Positions 14,668 to 26,600 of a stretch of DNA of 43,004 bases are shown piece by piece. Numbering within the stretch: the stretch's first letter is position 1; every line of letters starts with the position of its first letter. The stretch is from Acidimicrobiales bacterium (lineage in GTDB: Bacteria > Actinomycetota > Acidimicrobiia > Acidimicrobiales > CADCSY01). The stretch is taken from the NCBI GenBank assembly GCA_036275955.1, contig DASUCO010000070.1, positions 1-43,004 on the forward strand, read 5' to 3'. Under the pieces are notes generated by a model, which had not been told where the DNA came from, searched no databases, and saw nothing but the letters and a program-made list of their open reading frames with translations. Both the position numbers and the translations under genes were made by a program.

Positions 14668-17600
14668 TCATTCGTCGGTTTCCAGGAAGTCGACGAGCGG
14701 CCCGGAGCTTTTCTGGCGGGCCGCCCCCTGGAGGGCTTGACCCAATGGACCAAAGTCCTTAAAGGACTGCATCCACTCGATCACCCGCGCCGGCCCGGCG
14801 GCCGCGGGCTTCGCGGCATCGCGCGGCTTTTCGGACAACCGGTCTTTGTAGGCGTCGTGCCAGTCGACCAGGCCGGAGAGCCGTTCGCGCAGCTCGAACA
14901 GCGCGCTCGGCACGCCGCAGTTCCATTCGAGCGTCGACGATTCGACCAGCACGTCGGCGCCGCCGCCGCCGCGCAGCTGGTCGCGACCGTCGCCGCCGAC
15001 GAGGAGGTCGTCCGCCGCCCCGCCGCGCAGGTCGTCGTTGCCGGCGCCGCCGAAGAGCTGGAGGTGCGCCACCACCACGCCCGAGCCGTCGATCTTGTCG
15101 TTGCCCGCGCCGGCGTCGACCAGCGTGGACATGGTGAGGCCGTCCAGCTCCACGTGATCGTTGCCGCCCAGCGCGGCGACGTCCAGCGACGTGATGCCGG
15201 AGTAGTAGCGGGTCTCGCCGTTCACCGTGACGCGCACGATGCCGCCCTCGTCCTCGACGATCTCGATCTTGTCGTTGCGCTCGGTGCCGCGCACTTCCAG
15301 CGTGCGCTCCGATTGCGCCACTTCAAGCTGCCAGGTCTGCTCGGCTGCCCCGCCGTTGCCGTCCGACACCCGCAGCGCAAAGCTGTAAATCCCCGGCGCC
15401 GAAGGCACCCAGTGCAGCTCGCCCGTGCCCGCGTCGATCACCGCGCCCGCCGGCCCTTGCAGCAGGCTATAGGTGAGCGTGTCGCCATCGACATCGACTG
15501 CGTCCGCGTCGTACCGGTAGGGCGCCGCGGCCGGCGCAGCGAGGCCGCCGATGCGCACGCGCAGCTCGTCGTGCTTGTGCTTGCCGTCGTCCCACGCAAG
15601 CATCAGCGCGCCGCTCGCGTCGAATTGCGCGCGCACGCGATCGGCGCCGTCGGCATTCGCCTCCGCGATGGAGAACGTAGCCGCGTCCTTCTTCTTGTCG
15701 CCCTTCGCATAGAACGCGTACAGCGCGCCCGCCTCCAGCGTGAGGGTGCGGCTGGTGCCGTCGCGGTCCGCCTTGCCGAACGCCACCTGCGAGCGCGCGA
15801 GCGCCGCCGCGGCGTACGCCGGGTCGCCGGCGTCGATGCCGCTCACCGTGCCCCAGGTGTCGTCTACGCGATAGACACCGAATTCCGCCGGCGCGTCCTT
15901 CTCGCGCCCGAGGAGCGCGAAGCTCACCGTGCCGCCCGCCGCGCGGAACACGCTGTCCAGGTTGGCGCTCGAGCGCGGCGGATCGATGACGAGCGACGTG
16001 AGCGGCAGGGAGGTGAACTGCGGCCCGTCGTTCACACCAGTGATGGTGACCGTCACCGTGGCGCTCGACGTGGCGCCCGCCGAGTCCCGCATCGTGTACG
16101 TGAACGTGTCGAACGCGGTCTCGCCCACGGCGAGATGCTGGAAGTCGTCGCCGACTTCGTAGCGCACGCCGCCGCCGTCCGCGTCGATCGTCACCGTTCC
16201 GACAGTTCCGGCGAGATCGAGCGCCACCACGCTACGCGTGTCGCCGTCGTCTGCGTCGGTGTCGTTCGCCAGCACGTCGATGTGCACGCCGTGGTCTTCG
16301 TCCGTGCCGGCGACGTCGGCCTGGGCCTCGGGTGCATCGTTCACCGCACTCACGTCAATCGCCACCACATCGGTGTCGCTCAGCGCCGTCCCCGAACCGA
16401 ATCCGCCCAGGTCGTCGGTCGTGATCGTCAGGCTTGCCGCGCCGTTGAAGTTCAGGCCCGGCATGTACGTAAGACCATTGAGCGCGGCGTTGATCCCGGC
16501 GAGCGTGCCGCTGAAGGTCATCGCCGCGTCACCGCTGCCGTCGCCGCTCGTGAACGTCAGGCCGGCTATGGATCCAAGCGTGAGCTGTCCGTTGCCCGCC
16601 GCCAGCGTCACCTGGACAACCTCATCGCCCAGGACAGCGTTGTCGGCGTCGTCCACGTCCGCCACCGCGATCGCGTTGCCGTTGGCCGCAGAGAACACAA
16701 GCGCCGAGTCTTCGTTGGTGAACTGGGCGCCCGGCACGGTGTTCACCGGCGCGTCGTTAACAGGACCCACGGTGACCATCACCACGTCGGTATCCGTGAG
16801 CGGCGTGCCGAGGCCGAAGTTGCCCAGGTCGTTGGTCGTGATCGTCAGGCCCGCCGCGCCGTTGAAGTTCAGGCCCGGCGTGTAGGTCAGGCCGTTCAAC
16901 GCGGCGTTCACCCCGGCTAGCGTGCCGGTGAAGGTCATCGCGGCGTCGTCGCTGCCGTCGCCGCTCGTGAACGTCAGGCCGGCTATGGATCCAAGCGTGA
17001 GCTGTCCATCGCCGGCCGCGAGCGCCACCTGCACGACCTCGTCGCCCAGGACAGCGTTGTCGGCGTCGTCCACGTCCGCCACCGCGATCGCGTTGCCGTT
17101 GGCCGCAGAGAACACAAGCGCCGAGTCTTCGTTGGTGAACTGGGCGCCCGGCATGGTGTTCACCGGCGCGTCGTTCACCGGGAGCACGGTGATGGACACG
17201 CTTGCGTTGGCGCTCAGCGTGCCATCGCTGACCCGGTACTCGAAGCTGTCGATGCCGTTGAAGTTTGCGTGCGGCGCGTAGACGAACGAGCCGTCCGCAT
17301 GGAGCGCGAGCGTGCCGTTCGCAGGCCCGCTGACGAGAATCGCGCTGAGCGTGTTGGCCGGCAGGTCCGGGTCGCTGTCGTTGCCGAGCACGCCGCTTAC
17401 CGGCACGCTCAGCGTGCCGTCCTCGTCGAGGCTGTAGCTGTCGTTCTCCGCCAGCGGCGCCAGGTTGACCTCGTTGACCGTGACGGTGAGGGTCTCCTCG
17501 TCCCAGAGGTTGGGCGCACCGTCGTCCGTCACACGCACGGTGAAGGCATAGGCGCCGGGCCCTTGCGCCTCGGTCGGCGTCCAGGCGAACGCACCGGCTG

Positions 17601-20600
17601 CGGTAATCGTGGCGCCCTCGGGGGCACCCACCAGGCTGAACGTGAGACCGTTGGCGGGGACGTCCGGGTCGGTCGCCGCCGCGGTGAACGTCAGGGTTTC
17701 GAGCTCGTTCACCGTCTGGTCGCCGATCGCCGCCAGCACCGGCGCGGCGTTCACCTCGTTCACCGTGACGGTGATCGTCTCCTCGTCGAACAGGCTCGGG
17801 CTGCCGTGGTCGGTGATGCGCACGCGGAAGCTGTATTCGCCGGCCCCCTGCACCTCGGTCGGCGTCCAGGTGAAGACCCCGCTCGCGGCATCGATCTGCG
17901 CGCCTTCCGGCGAGCCGAACAGGCTGAAGGTGCGGCCGGTGTCCGGCAGGTCGGCGTCGGTGGCGAGCGCGGTAAAGGTGAGGGTCTCGAGCTCGTCGAT
18001 CGTGAAATCGCCGATGGCGGCGAGCACGGGAGCCACGTTCACTTCGTTGACCGTTACGGTAATCGTCTCTTCGTCGAACAGGCTCGGCGTGGCGTCGTCG
18101 CTCACCCGGATCGTGAACGTGTAGTCGGCGGGACCCTGGGCTTCGGCCGGCGTCCAGGCGAACCAGCCGGTCTCCGGGTCGATGGATGCGCCCGCCGGCG
18201 CGTCGATCAGGCTGAAGATGAAACCATCGGCCGGCGCGTCGAGGTCACCAGCGCTCACCTCGATCTCGAGCGTGTCGAGCTCGTTGATGGTGCGGTTGCC
18301 GACGAAGCTCATCTGCGGCGCGTCGTTGGTCCCATGGACGGTGACGCTGACGGTGGCGCTGCTCGTCTCCCCGGACGGATCGGCGATCGTGTAGCTGAAC
18401 CAGTCGGTGAGGGTCGCGCCGGCGGCCAGGTCCTGGAAGAGGCCGCGCACGTCGTACTCGATCCTGCCGTCCACCACCCTTAAGAAGGCGCCGGCCGACG
18501 AGGATTCCCCGACGCTGACGACGAGCGCATCGTCGTCCGGGTCGCTGTCGTTGGCGAGCACGTCGATCAGCACCGCGCCGCCGTCCTCGAGCGCGCTCGC
18601 CGCGTCGTCGGCCGCCAGCGGCGCGCTGTTGATGGCGTCGTCGAAGCGCACGTTGTCGATGGAGACGAACGAGCCGTGCCCGCCGAAGCCGAGCAGGTCG
18701 AAGTACAGCGTCGCCGCGCGCCCGGCCAGGCCGTCGAGGTCGATCGAGACGCTGATCGGCTCGGCAAGCGTCGCCGGCAGGACGTCGCCAGCCAGGCCGT
18801 GCAGCTTGACGCCGGCGCCGCGGCGGATCGTGCCGTCGGCCTGCACGTTGAAATAGCTGTCGGTCTGCGAAAGCGCCACGGTGCCCGTGAGCGGCGCGAG
18901 CGTCGCCGTGTCGAGCAGCGCGACCTCGAAGGCATCGCCGGGTCCGGCTCCGGGCGCGTCGAAATTTGCGCCGACGATGTCGAAGAGCAGATAACGGTGC
19001 CCGGGCAGGGTGAAGTCCTGCGTGATGCCGGAGTTGAGGCGCTCGTCTTCCGCGAGCGTGGCTGCGCCGCCGGCGAAGGAGACGCTGCCGCGCGCGTTCC
19101 AGCCGCTGCCGCTGTCGAATCCGCCGTCGAGGATGTGCTCGGCGTGCAGGTACGCAGTGCCAGTCCCGCCCGTGCCGGCGACGAAGTCCGCGGCCGTGGG
19201 CAGACGGCGCACGCCGGTGGCGAGGCTCTCGTGCATGACGCTGCCAGTGTCGTTCGCGTGCCGGGCGCCAAGCACATGGCCGTACTCGTGCAGGAGCACG
19301 GTCAGCACGTCCATGCCATCGAAGGCTTCGCTCGTCGCCGGCGTGGCGTCGGCATACCAGCCGTGCCCGGCGCCATCGTCGTCGAGCGTGATGATGGCCG
19401 AGCCGCCCGCCATCGACGTGTAGGCGAGCAGATCCCCGCCGAGGTCCGCCACCCGGACCTCTGCCGTCGCCATGCGCGAAGCGTCACCACCCAGAGCGGT
19501 CCAGGCGTCACGGGCGTGGGCGGCAAGAGTCGCAAGAGCGCCGAGCGAGCCATCGCCCGTTGACGTCCCCGTACCCGCGGCGAGCGGCGTGATCGATGCG
19601 GTACCCGTGCCGCCATCGTCATCGGTGATCGTGACCGTCACGCCGGTGGCGCCCTCGTGTACCACCACGGAGCCGGCATCGCTCAGAACGATGCCGTCGC
19701 TGAATGTCCAATCATAGCGGTGCGTGTCGAGCACGCCGGGATCGACGACGCTCGCGCTGAAGGTGCTGCCCTGCACGGCCACGCTCGCCGACGGCGCCAC
19801 GTTGAGCACCGTGAAGGTCGCCTCCTGCGCCGGGCCGACCTGCGACGGCTGCGGCGCGAGCACATACAGCAGGCGAACCTTGGCGGTGTACACGTCCGGC
19901 TGCGGCGTCGGACGGTCGTCGCGATAGACATGGCTCAGGGTCGTGCCGGCGTTGATCGGCAGCAGCTCGATCGGGATGCCGCTCTCGACCGTGCCGTCGC
20001 CCCAGTCGACCTCGAGCGCGTAGGCGTCGACCAGCAGCCCGACGCCGCGCACCGTGACCTCGATGCTCGCCGTGTCGCCTTCGTTCAGCGCGGCGCCGGA
20101 GAAGGCGAGCTCGATCGGATCGATGATGATGGTTTCGCTCACCTCGATGCGCGCGCTGTCGCTTGCCGTGCCGCCGTCGTCGTCCGTCGCCTCGAACGTC
20201 GCCGTGTAGCTTCCCGCCGCCAGGCTGAAGCCGGCGGCCGCAGTCGAGCGGCTCGCCACGATCGCGCCGGCCTCGTTGGTGATGGTCCACTGCACGTCGT
20301 GGGTGTCGAACGCCCCGGGGTCGTCGAACTGGCCGGTAAGGGTGAACACCTGGCCCGCCCGCACCGCGCGGTCGGGGCCCGCGTCCACGTCGGGCGCGAC
20401 GTTGTTCACCGTGACCGTATCGCTCGCGTCGACGAAGTCCTCGTCGTCATCGGTGACGCGGACGCTGACCCCGTACGGATCGGCCGGCGTGCCGCTCGGA
20501 TCGTCGTCCGCGTAGACATGCGAGAGCGGCACGGTCTGCGCCGCGCCGCCGGTGAGGAATACCGTCTCGACCGTGCCGTCGCCCCAGTCGACCTCGAGCG

Positions 20601-23600
20601 TCAGCTCGTCGGACTCGCCGGCGTCGGACACCTCGGCGAACAGCTCGACGAGCTCGCCTTCGTCGACGCTCGTGCTGGCGAAGTCGAGGAAGAGCTCGGG
20701 CGCGGCGTTCGCCACGGCCACGGTGAGCGCTTCCTCGACTTCGCCGGTGTCGTCGTCGACCAGCGTGACGGTAACGTCGTAGACGTCGTCCTCGCCCGGC
20801 GCTTCGTCGTCGGCATAGACGTGCTCGAGGACGAAGCTCATGTCCTCATGCGTGAGGAACACGGTCTCGGGCCCGCTGCCGTCGCCCCAGTCGACCAGCA
20901 GCTCGAAGGTGTCGGTGCCCGGATCGGCGAAGAAGCCCGCCAGCACCACCGTGTCGCCCTCGATCGCATCCGGCGTGAGCACCAGGCCGGAGAATTCCGG
21001 GGCGACGTTGCGCACGGTCAGCGTGGCCTCGCCCTGGGCGGCCCCGGTGTCGTCGTCGGTGAGCTTCACTGCTATGGTGAAGCTGTCCTCCGGCGTGCCG
21101 GTGTCGGGGTCGTCGTCGGCGTACGTGTGCGAGACGGAGAAGCTGCCGTTGCCGTCGGCAAACGGCCCGAGGTCGATGAGCTCGGTTTCGCCGTTGCCCC
21201 AGTCGACCTCGAGCTCGAAGGTGTCCTCGAACCCCTTGTCGGTGAACGTGCCGCTCAGCGTCACCGTGCCGCCTTCGTCGATCTCCGTGGCGCTGAGCTG
21301 CAGCTCGCCGAGCTCGGGCGCCTCGTTGTGCACGACCGGGTGGAGGATGACCTCGTCGACGCCGAGATCGTCGTCCTGCACGGTGATGCGCAGGTCCATG
21401 ATGTCGGCCGGCGTGCCGGTCTGCGGATCGTCGTCGACGTACTTGTGGCGCAGCTCGAAGGTGCCTTCCTGCGAGCCGAGCGGACCCTGGTTCTCCAGCG
21501 TATCGAGGGTGCCGTCGCCCCAGTCGATCGTGATGGTGAAGGTGTCGTCGGGGCTGACGTCTCTGTATCGCCCGGTGAGCACCACCTCCTCGCCCTCGAT
21601 GAGGTCGCTCGGATCGACGAGCACCTCGAGGATCTCCGGCGCGACGTTGCGCACATCGAACCGGGCTTCGCCGGCGCCGGCGTTGGCGCCGCTCACCTTC
21701 ACCGTCTTGGTGTCGGACTCGGTGTTGCTCGGGCTGTCGTCGGTGAAGCGCCGCGTGAGCGAGGCGTGCGTGCCGCCGGCGGCGACGGTCACCTTCTGCA
21801 CCACGCCGTCGCCCCAGTCGACGTCGAGCACGGTCTCGACCGAGGAGTCGAAGGGCTTGAAGTCGATCAGCAGCGTGGCCAGCTCGCGCTCGTCGACGTC
21901 GTCGATGTCGAGCTGGATGCGCGGCGCGAAGCGGATGTCGTCGAGGAAGTAGACCTGGCTCAGCGTCGAGGCCGGATCGTCGAGCCCGGGCAGCAGGTCC
22001 TCGGGGCTGAACGAGACCGCGATGGTGTCCTCGAGGTGCACGTGCTTGAACTCGAGCATCGCCACCTGGCCGCGGTATTCCTCCGGCACCTCGACGAAGT
22101 AGCGGTTCTTCTCCCAGAAGCCGGGCGTGAGCTGGACGAGCACCGGGTCGGTGGCCGCGGCCGGCGCGCCTTCGCCGATCGTGGTGGGCAGGAAGCGCAC
22201 CTCGATCGCGGCGTCCTTCGTCAGCATCACCGGCGAGAAGATCTCGAACGAGAGCACCTCGGCGTCCGCCGGCACGTAGAGCCGGTTGTGGCGGATGGTG
22301 TCGAGGTCGACGACCTGGTCGAGCAGGTCCTCGAAGAACCCTTCCATGCCTTCGGGGATGCTGGCGCCCATCACGTCCTTCAGCACCTGGCCGGCGCCCA
22401 TGAGGAGCGCCATGTCGCCCGGCTCGCCGAAGACCTTCTCCAGCAGCTTCTCGATGCCGCTGCCGATGCTCTCCTTGACGCCCTCGATGCCTTCGTCGGT
22501 CTTCAGCGCCTCCTCGAGCGGCGTCCCCTGGATGCCCATCTCGACCAGCTTGCCGACGAGCTCCTCGAGCTTCTCGTACGCCTTGTTCGACTGCTCTACG
22601 CGCTCCTTGTTGGGCGAGTCCTCGCCCCAGTTCTCCTCGTACCAGCGCTTGTAGCCGTCGGAGCTCGAGTCGTCCGGCGGGCGCGGCAGGCCGAAGGCGT
22701 CGTGCTTCAGCTTGTTCGAGGCGAACTTGACCGCCTTCTCGCCGACGAAGTCCCAGATCTTCTCGGCGAACGGCTTGAGGAACAGGTTGCGCCAGTCGGT
22801 CTCGATGCTGAACAGCCCGGCGATGTCGAAGTGCTCGCCGAACGCGTTGATATGGAAGCCCTCGCCGCCGTGGAACGACCAGCCGGGCAGCTCGTACGAC
22901 GCCGGGAAGCGGCCCTTCTCCTCGTCGTCGCCGAAGAGGTGCGTGAGCAGCGACTGCCGTCCGCCGTGCTCGAAGCCGCCGTTGAACACGCTCGCCACCA
23001 CCTCGGCGCCCTTGGTGACCTCGGTGTTGTCCTCGGCCGCCGGGTCGACGCCCTCGAACGCCTCGTCCGGGCGGTCCTCGTCGCCGCCGCCGGTCGCGCT
23101 GTAGTACCAGCCGGCGGTGATGCCCTCCCAGATGGCGCCTTCGAGCTTCCAGGCGTCTTCCATGTCCGCCAGCTCGGGAGACAGCGGCAGGCTCGTATAC
23201 CAGGGCTCGGCGTTGAAGCGGTAGGTCGGCAGCCCGACCGCCCGCGCCATGAGCCCTTCGTCGGTGATGCGGCGGAAGATCGGGTTGTCGTCGAACTCGA
23301 GGATGTCGAGGTCTACGGTGCCGGCGTACCACTGCCAGACGCGGCTGTGCGGGCCGCCGAGGCCGAAGTCCTTCACGGTCTCGAGGCCGAGCGCGTCGGC
23401 GAGGAAGTCGAGCCCCGAGGGCAGGGTGAAGCCCAGCCGGTAGTCGTCGCGCTCGAAGCCGGCCGAGCCGTCGAGCTTGAGGTTGATGTCCGCGCCCTCG
23501 ATCGCCACGCCGTTGGGCGTCAGGGTGGTCGAATCCATCGGCGCGAGCGTCTGGTAGTAGTTGTCGGCGAAGCCGATGTTCGACCAGACCTTGACGTCGG

Positions 23601-26600
23601 GATCCTTGAAGTCCGCGTACGGGATCGGGTCGATGGCGAGGCCCATGCGCTCGGCGTACTCGAGTCCCTTGTTGACCACGCGCATGACGGGCGCGAGCCC
23701 GGGCACGAGCGACAGCCCCGCGCTGATCACCTGCACGATCGTCTTCAGCGGGACGTTCAGGCTCTCCTGCTCGAAGTCGTGCGGATCGAGCGTGGTCATG
23801 TGGATGTCCTGCACGTCCGGGAAGTGCACGCCCATGCGCTGCAGGATCTCGCTGTTCACCACCGTGCCGCGGCTGTGGCCGATGAAGTGCAGCGGCGAGC
23901 CGAAGATCTGCCCGCCGCTCTCGGCGTCGAGCGCCACCAGCGAGGCGAAGAGCGAGTCGGCCGCCGCTTCCGAGAACCCGCTGTCGCTGACGTCGGACTC
24001 CTTGTTCCAGTCCGACACCAGCACCACGGCCTTGCCCGCCTCCAGCGCGTCCTTGCCGGTCTTGTTGTTCAGCCGGTCGACCCATTCGCCGGTGAGCTTG
24101 TTGTAGGACAGCACCACCCCGCCGCCGCTCGCGTCCGCGATCAGCTCGCCGAGCGCCATGAACGCCGCCGGCTGCTCGTACGCCTGCTCGCCGAACGACA
24201 TGCCGAACTGGAAGCCGTGCGTGAGCACGGTGACGCCGTTGTACGGCGCCCCGGTGTCGATCGGCTGCGCGACGAAGCTCGCCGACTCGCGGTACACGTC
24301 CTCGCCGACGATCAGCTCGATGCCCCAGTAGTAGCGGTTGCCGGCGGTGAGCGCATGGCGCACCGCCTCCGGCAGCAGCATGCTCTCGGTGCCCGCCTCG
24401 ATGTCCTCCGAGGTCCAGATGCGGTGCGGGTTGCGGTCGGCGCCCTTCCAGCCCGGCGCGGCGTCCCAGAACTCGTCGCGCGAGCGCGGCTCGTCCCACG
24501 GGAACAGGCCGTCGCCCGACGGCTGCGAGCTCACGTACACGCGCACCGTGTAGTCCTCGGTGCCGAGCAGGCTCGTGTCGATATGCCACTGGAACTCGAG
24601 GTCGCCGTTCTCCTGGTGCACGCGCTTCATGCCGGTGGGCGCGATCAGGTCGATCGGGTCGGTGACCTGCATGCCGATGCCCTTGGTCAGCTCGCCGATC
24701 GGGATGGCGTCGAAGTGGATGTCGGCGTGCCGGTCGATCGGCTGGTGCTTGAGCACGTCGTCGCCGAGCGATTTCGACGCGCGGATGAACTCCTCGACAT
24801 CGAACACCACGACTTCGCCGGGGCCGCGGTAGTTGGCGTAGAGCTTGAGCCCGTCGGAAGAAAGCTCGAGCTCGTTGACGAACGTCAGGCTGATCGGCGA
24901 GGTCGCGGCGATGAACTCGGCGTCGCCGAAGGGATCGCGCACCAGGCCCACCTTGCCGCCGGTCTCGTGCGTGTCGTCGTATTCGATGAAGGCGTTGGGG
25001 TTGCCGGTGCCGAGGAACCACGGGAAGCCGTAGTCGGCGACGAAGGCGTAGCTCAGATCCGGCAGCACGGCGACCTCCGCCGCGTTGCGGATGCCGAGCT
25101 GGAACCGCTCCTCGATGCGCTGCTTCATCGACAGGTCGATGAACTTGACGTCCGCGGCGAAGGCGAGCGGGCTCGCGTTCGTGACCTCGATGGTGCCCAG
25201 GCCGCGCTCGATCTTCAGCCGCGACGTGAACATCATCTTGTCGGGGTCCGCGGTCGCGCGGATCGAGAACGGCTCGAGATCGCCGTCGAGGCGCCCGATC
25301 ACCTCGTGCCAGCGCTGCGTGTTGGGCTCCTCCGGCCCTGGCGCGTCGGCGATGTCGATGTTGACGACCAGGATCTCGCCCTTGTCGCGGCCGCCGGTCA
25401 CCCAGGAATTGGCGCCGCCGACGAGCACGCTGTCCGGGGCCGCGACGTAGAGCTTGGTGTCGTCGGCGTTGACGGCAAGGGCGCTGATGTAGCCGCGCGC
25501 CGTCTGCAGCCCGGCGATGACGTCCACCACCTGGTGCAGGGTGTCCGCGCCGGCGCGGATGTCGATGACGAAGATCTCGTCGCGGCCGGCGACGTAGAGG
25601 TAGCGGTCGAACGGATCGATGGCGATCGCCGTCGGCACGACGTCGTTCGGCAGGGCGATCCGGTCGATCTCCGGCGTCTCGCCGTCGGCGTCGACCCGCT
25701 GCAGCGCCACCGTGTCGATGATGGCGATGCCCTCGCGCGTCGCCACGTAGGCGCGCGTGCGGTCCTTGGTCGCCACGGTGTCGACCTGCATGCGCGCGCC
25801 GAGGTCGATTTCCTTGACCACGACGTCCTCGGCGTCCTCGTCGTCGGCGCGCGCCACGTCGATGACGCGCAGCTTGTTGTCGAGGTGGCTGCCGATGAAG
25901 CCGTAGCCGCCCGGGTCGTCGAGGATCGCCGCCGGGCTCGCGATCCAGCGCGTCTCTTCCTCGCCGCCCAGGCCGAGCTGGCTGAAGGGCCGCTCGACGA
26001 TGATCTTCGACAGGCCGAGCAGCACCTGCTGCGGCACCTGGACGACCAGCCGCTCGGGGCTCGCCTCGATGAAGTCCTCGCCCTCGACGATGACGTCGGT
26101 CGCGCCCATGCTGAACACCACGCGCAGGTCGCGCGGGTCGCTGCCCGGGCTCTCGCCGCCCACCTCGGGCGCGTCCGGGTTGATGAACCGCTGCCCCGTG
26201 ATCTCGAGCCGGCCGTTGCCCTGCGCGTCGACCGAGTAGGCGACGTCGTCGATGATCGGCGGCCGGCCCGGCGTGTCGGGCGACACCTGCGGCAGCGTGA
26301 CCCGCACGCGGTCGGTGTGCTGCGTGATGTCGACGACCGTGACCTCGCGCGTGACCGACTTGTTCGACCAGGTGCTGTACGCCTGGATCTCGGCCACGCC
26401 CTCGGCGAAGGGCAGGATGACCTGGTCGAGATAGATGATGAGCCCGATGATCCCGGTCGAGGCGACCAGCAGGTAACCGGGATTGAGGATGTTGCCGAGG
26501 TGGACGCTGACGTCGCGCAGCGGCTGGTTGGCGCGCGCCATCAGGATGTTGCCGCGCTCGGAGAGCCCGGGCCACGGCGGCGAGCTGGTGCGCGCGTAGC

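Noticed and set aside
14737-18483. Plus-strand ORFs 14737..16920 (727 aa) and 17269..18483 (404 aa), plus the many 60-370 aa ORFs in all other frames
   Set aside because: They lie entirely inside the giant gene. Their compositions are shadow-type (R/H/E/V-rich or S/P/T/A-rich), and they lack ribosome-binding-site context.
16345-21950. Regularly spaced DNA repeats (417-bp, 285-bp and about 300-330-bp periods) considered as a possible CRISPR array or satellite
   Set aside because: The periods are multiples of 3 and in frame. They encode Ig/cadherin/PKD-like protein repeats within one ORF. There is no short-repeat/unique-spacer architecture.
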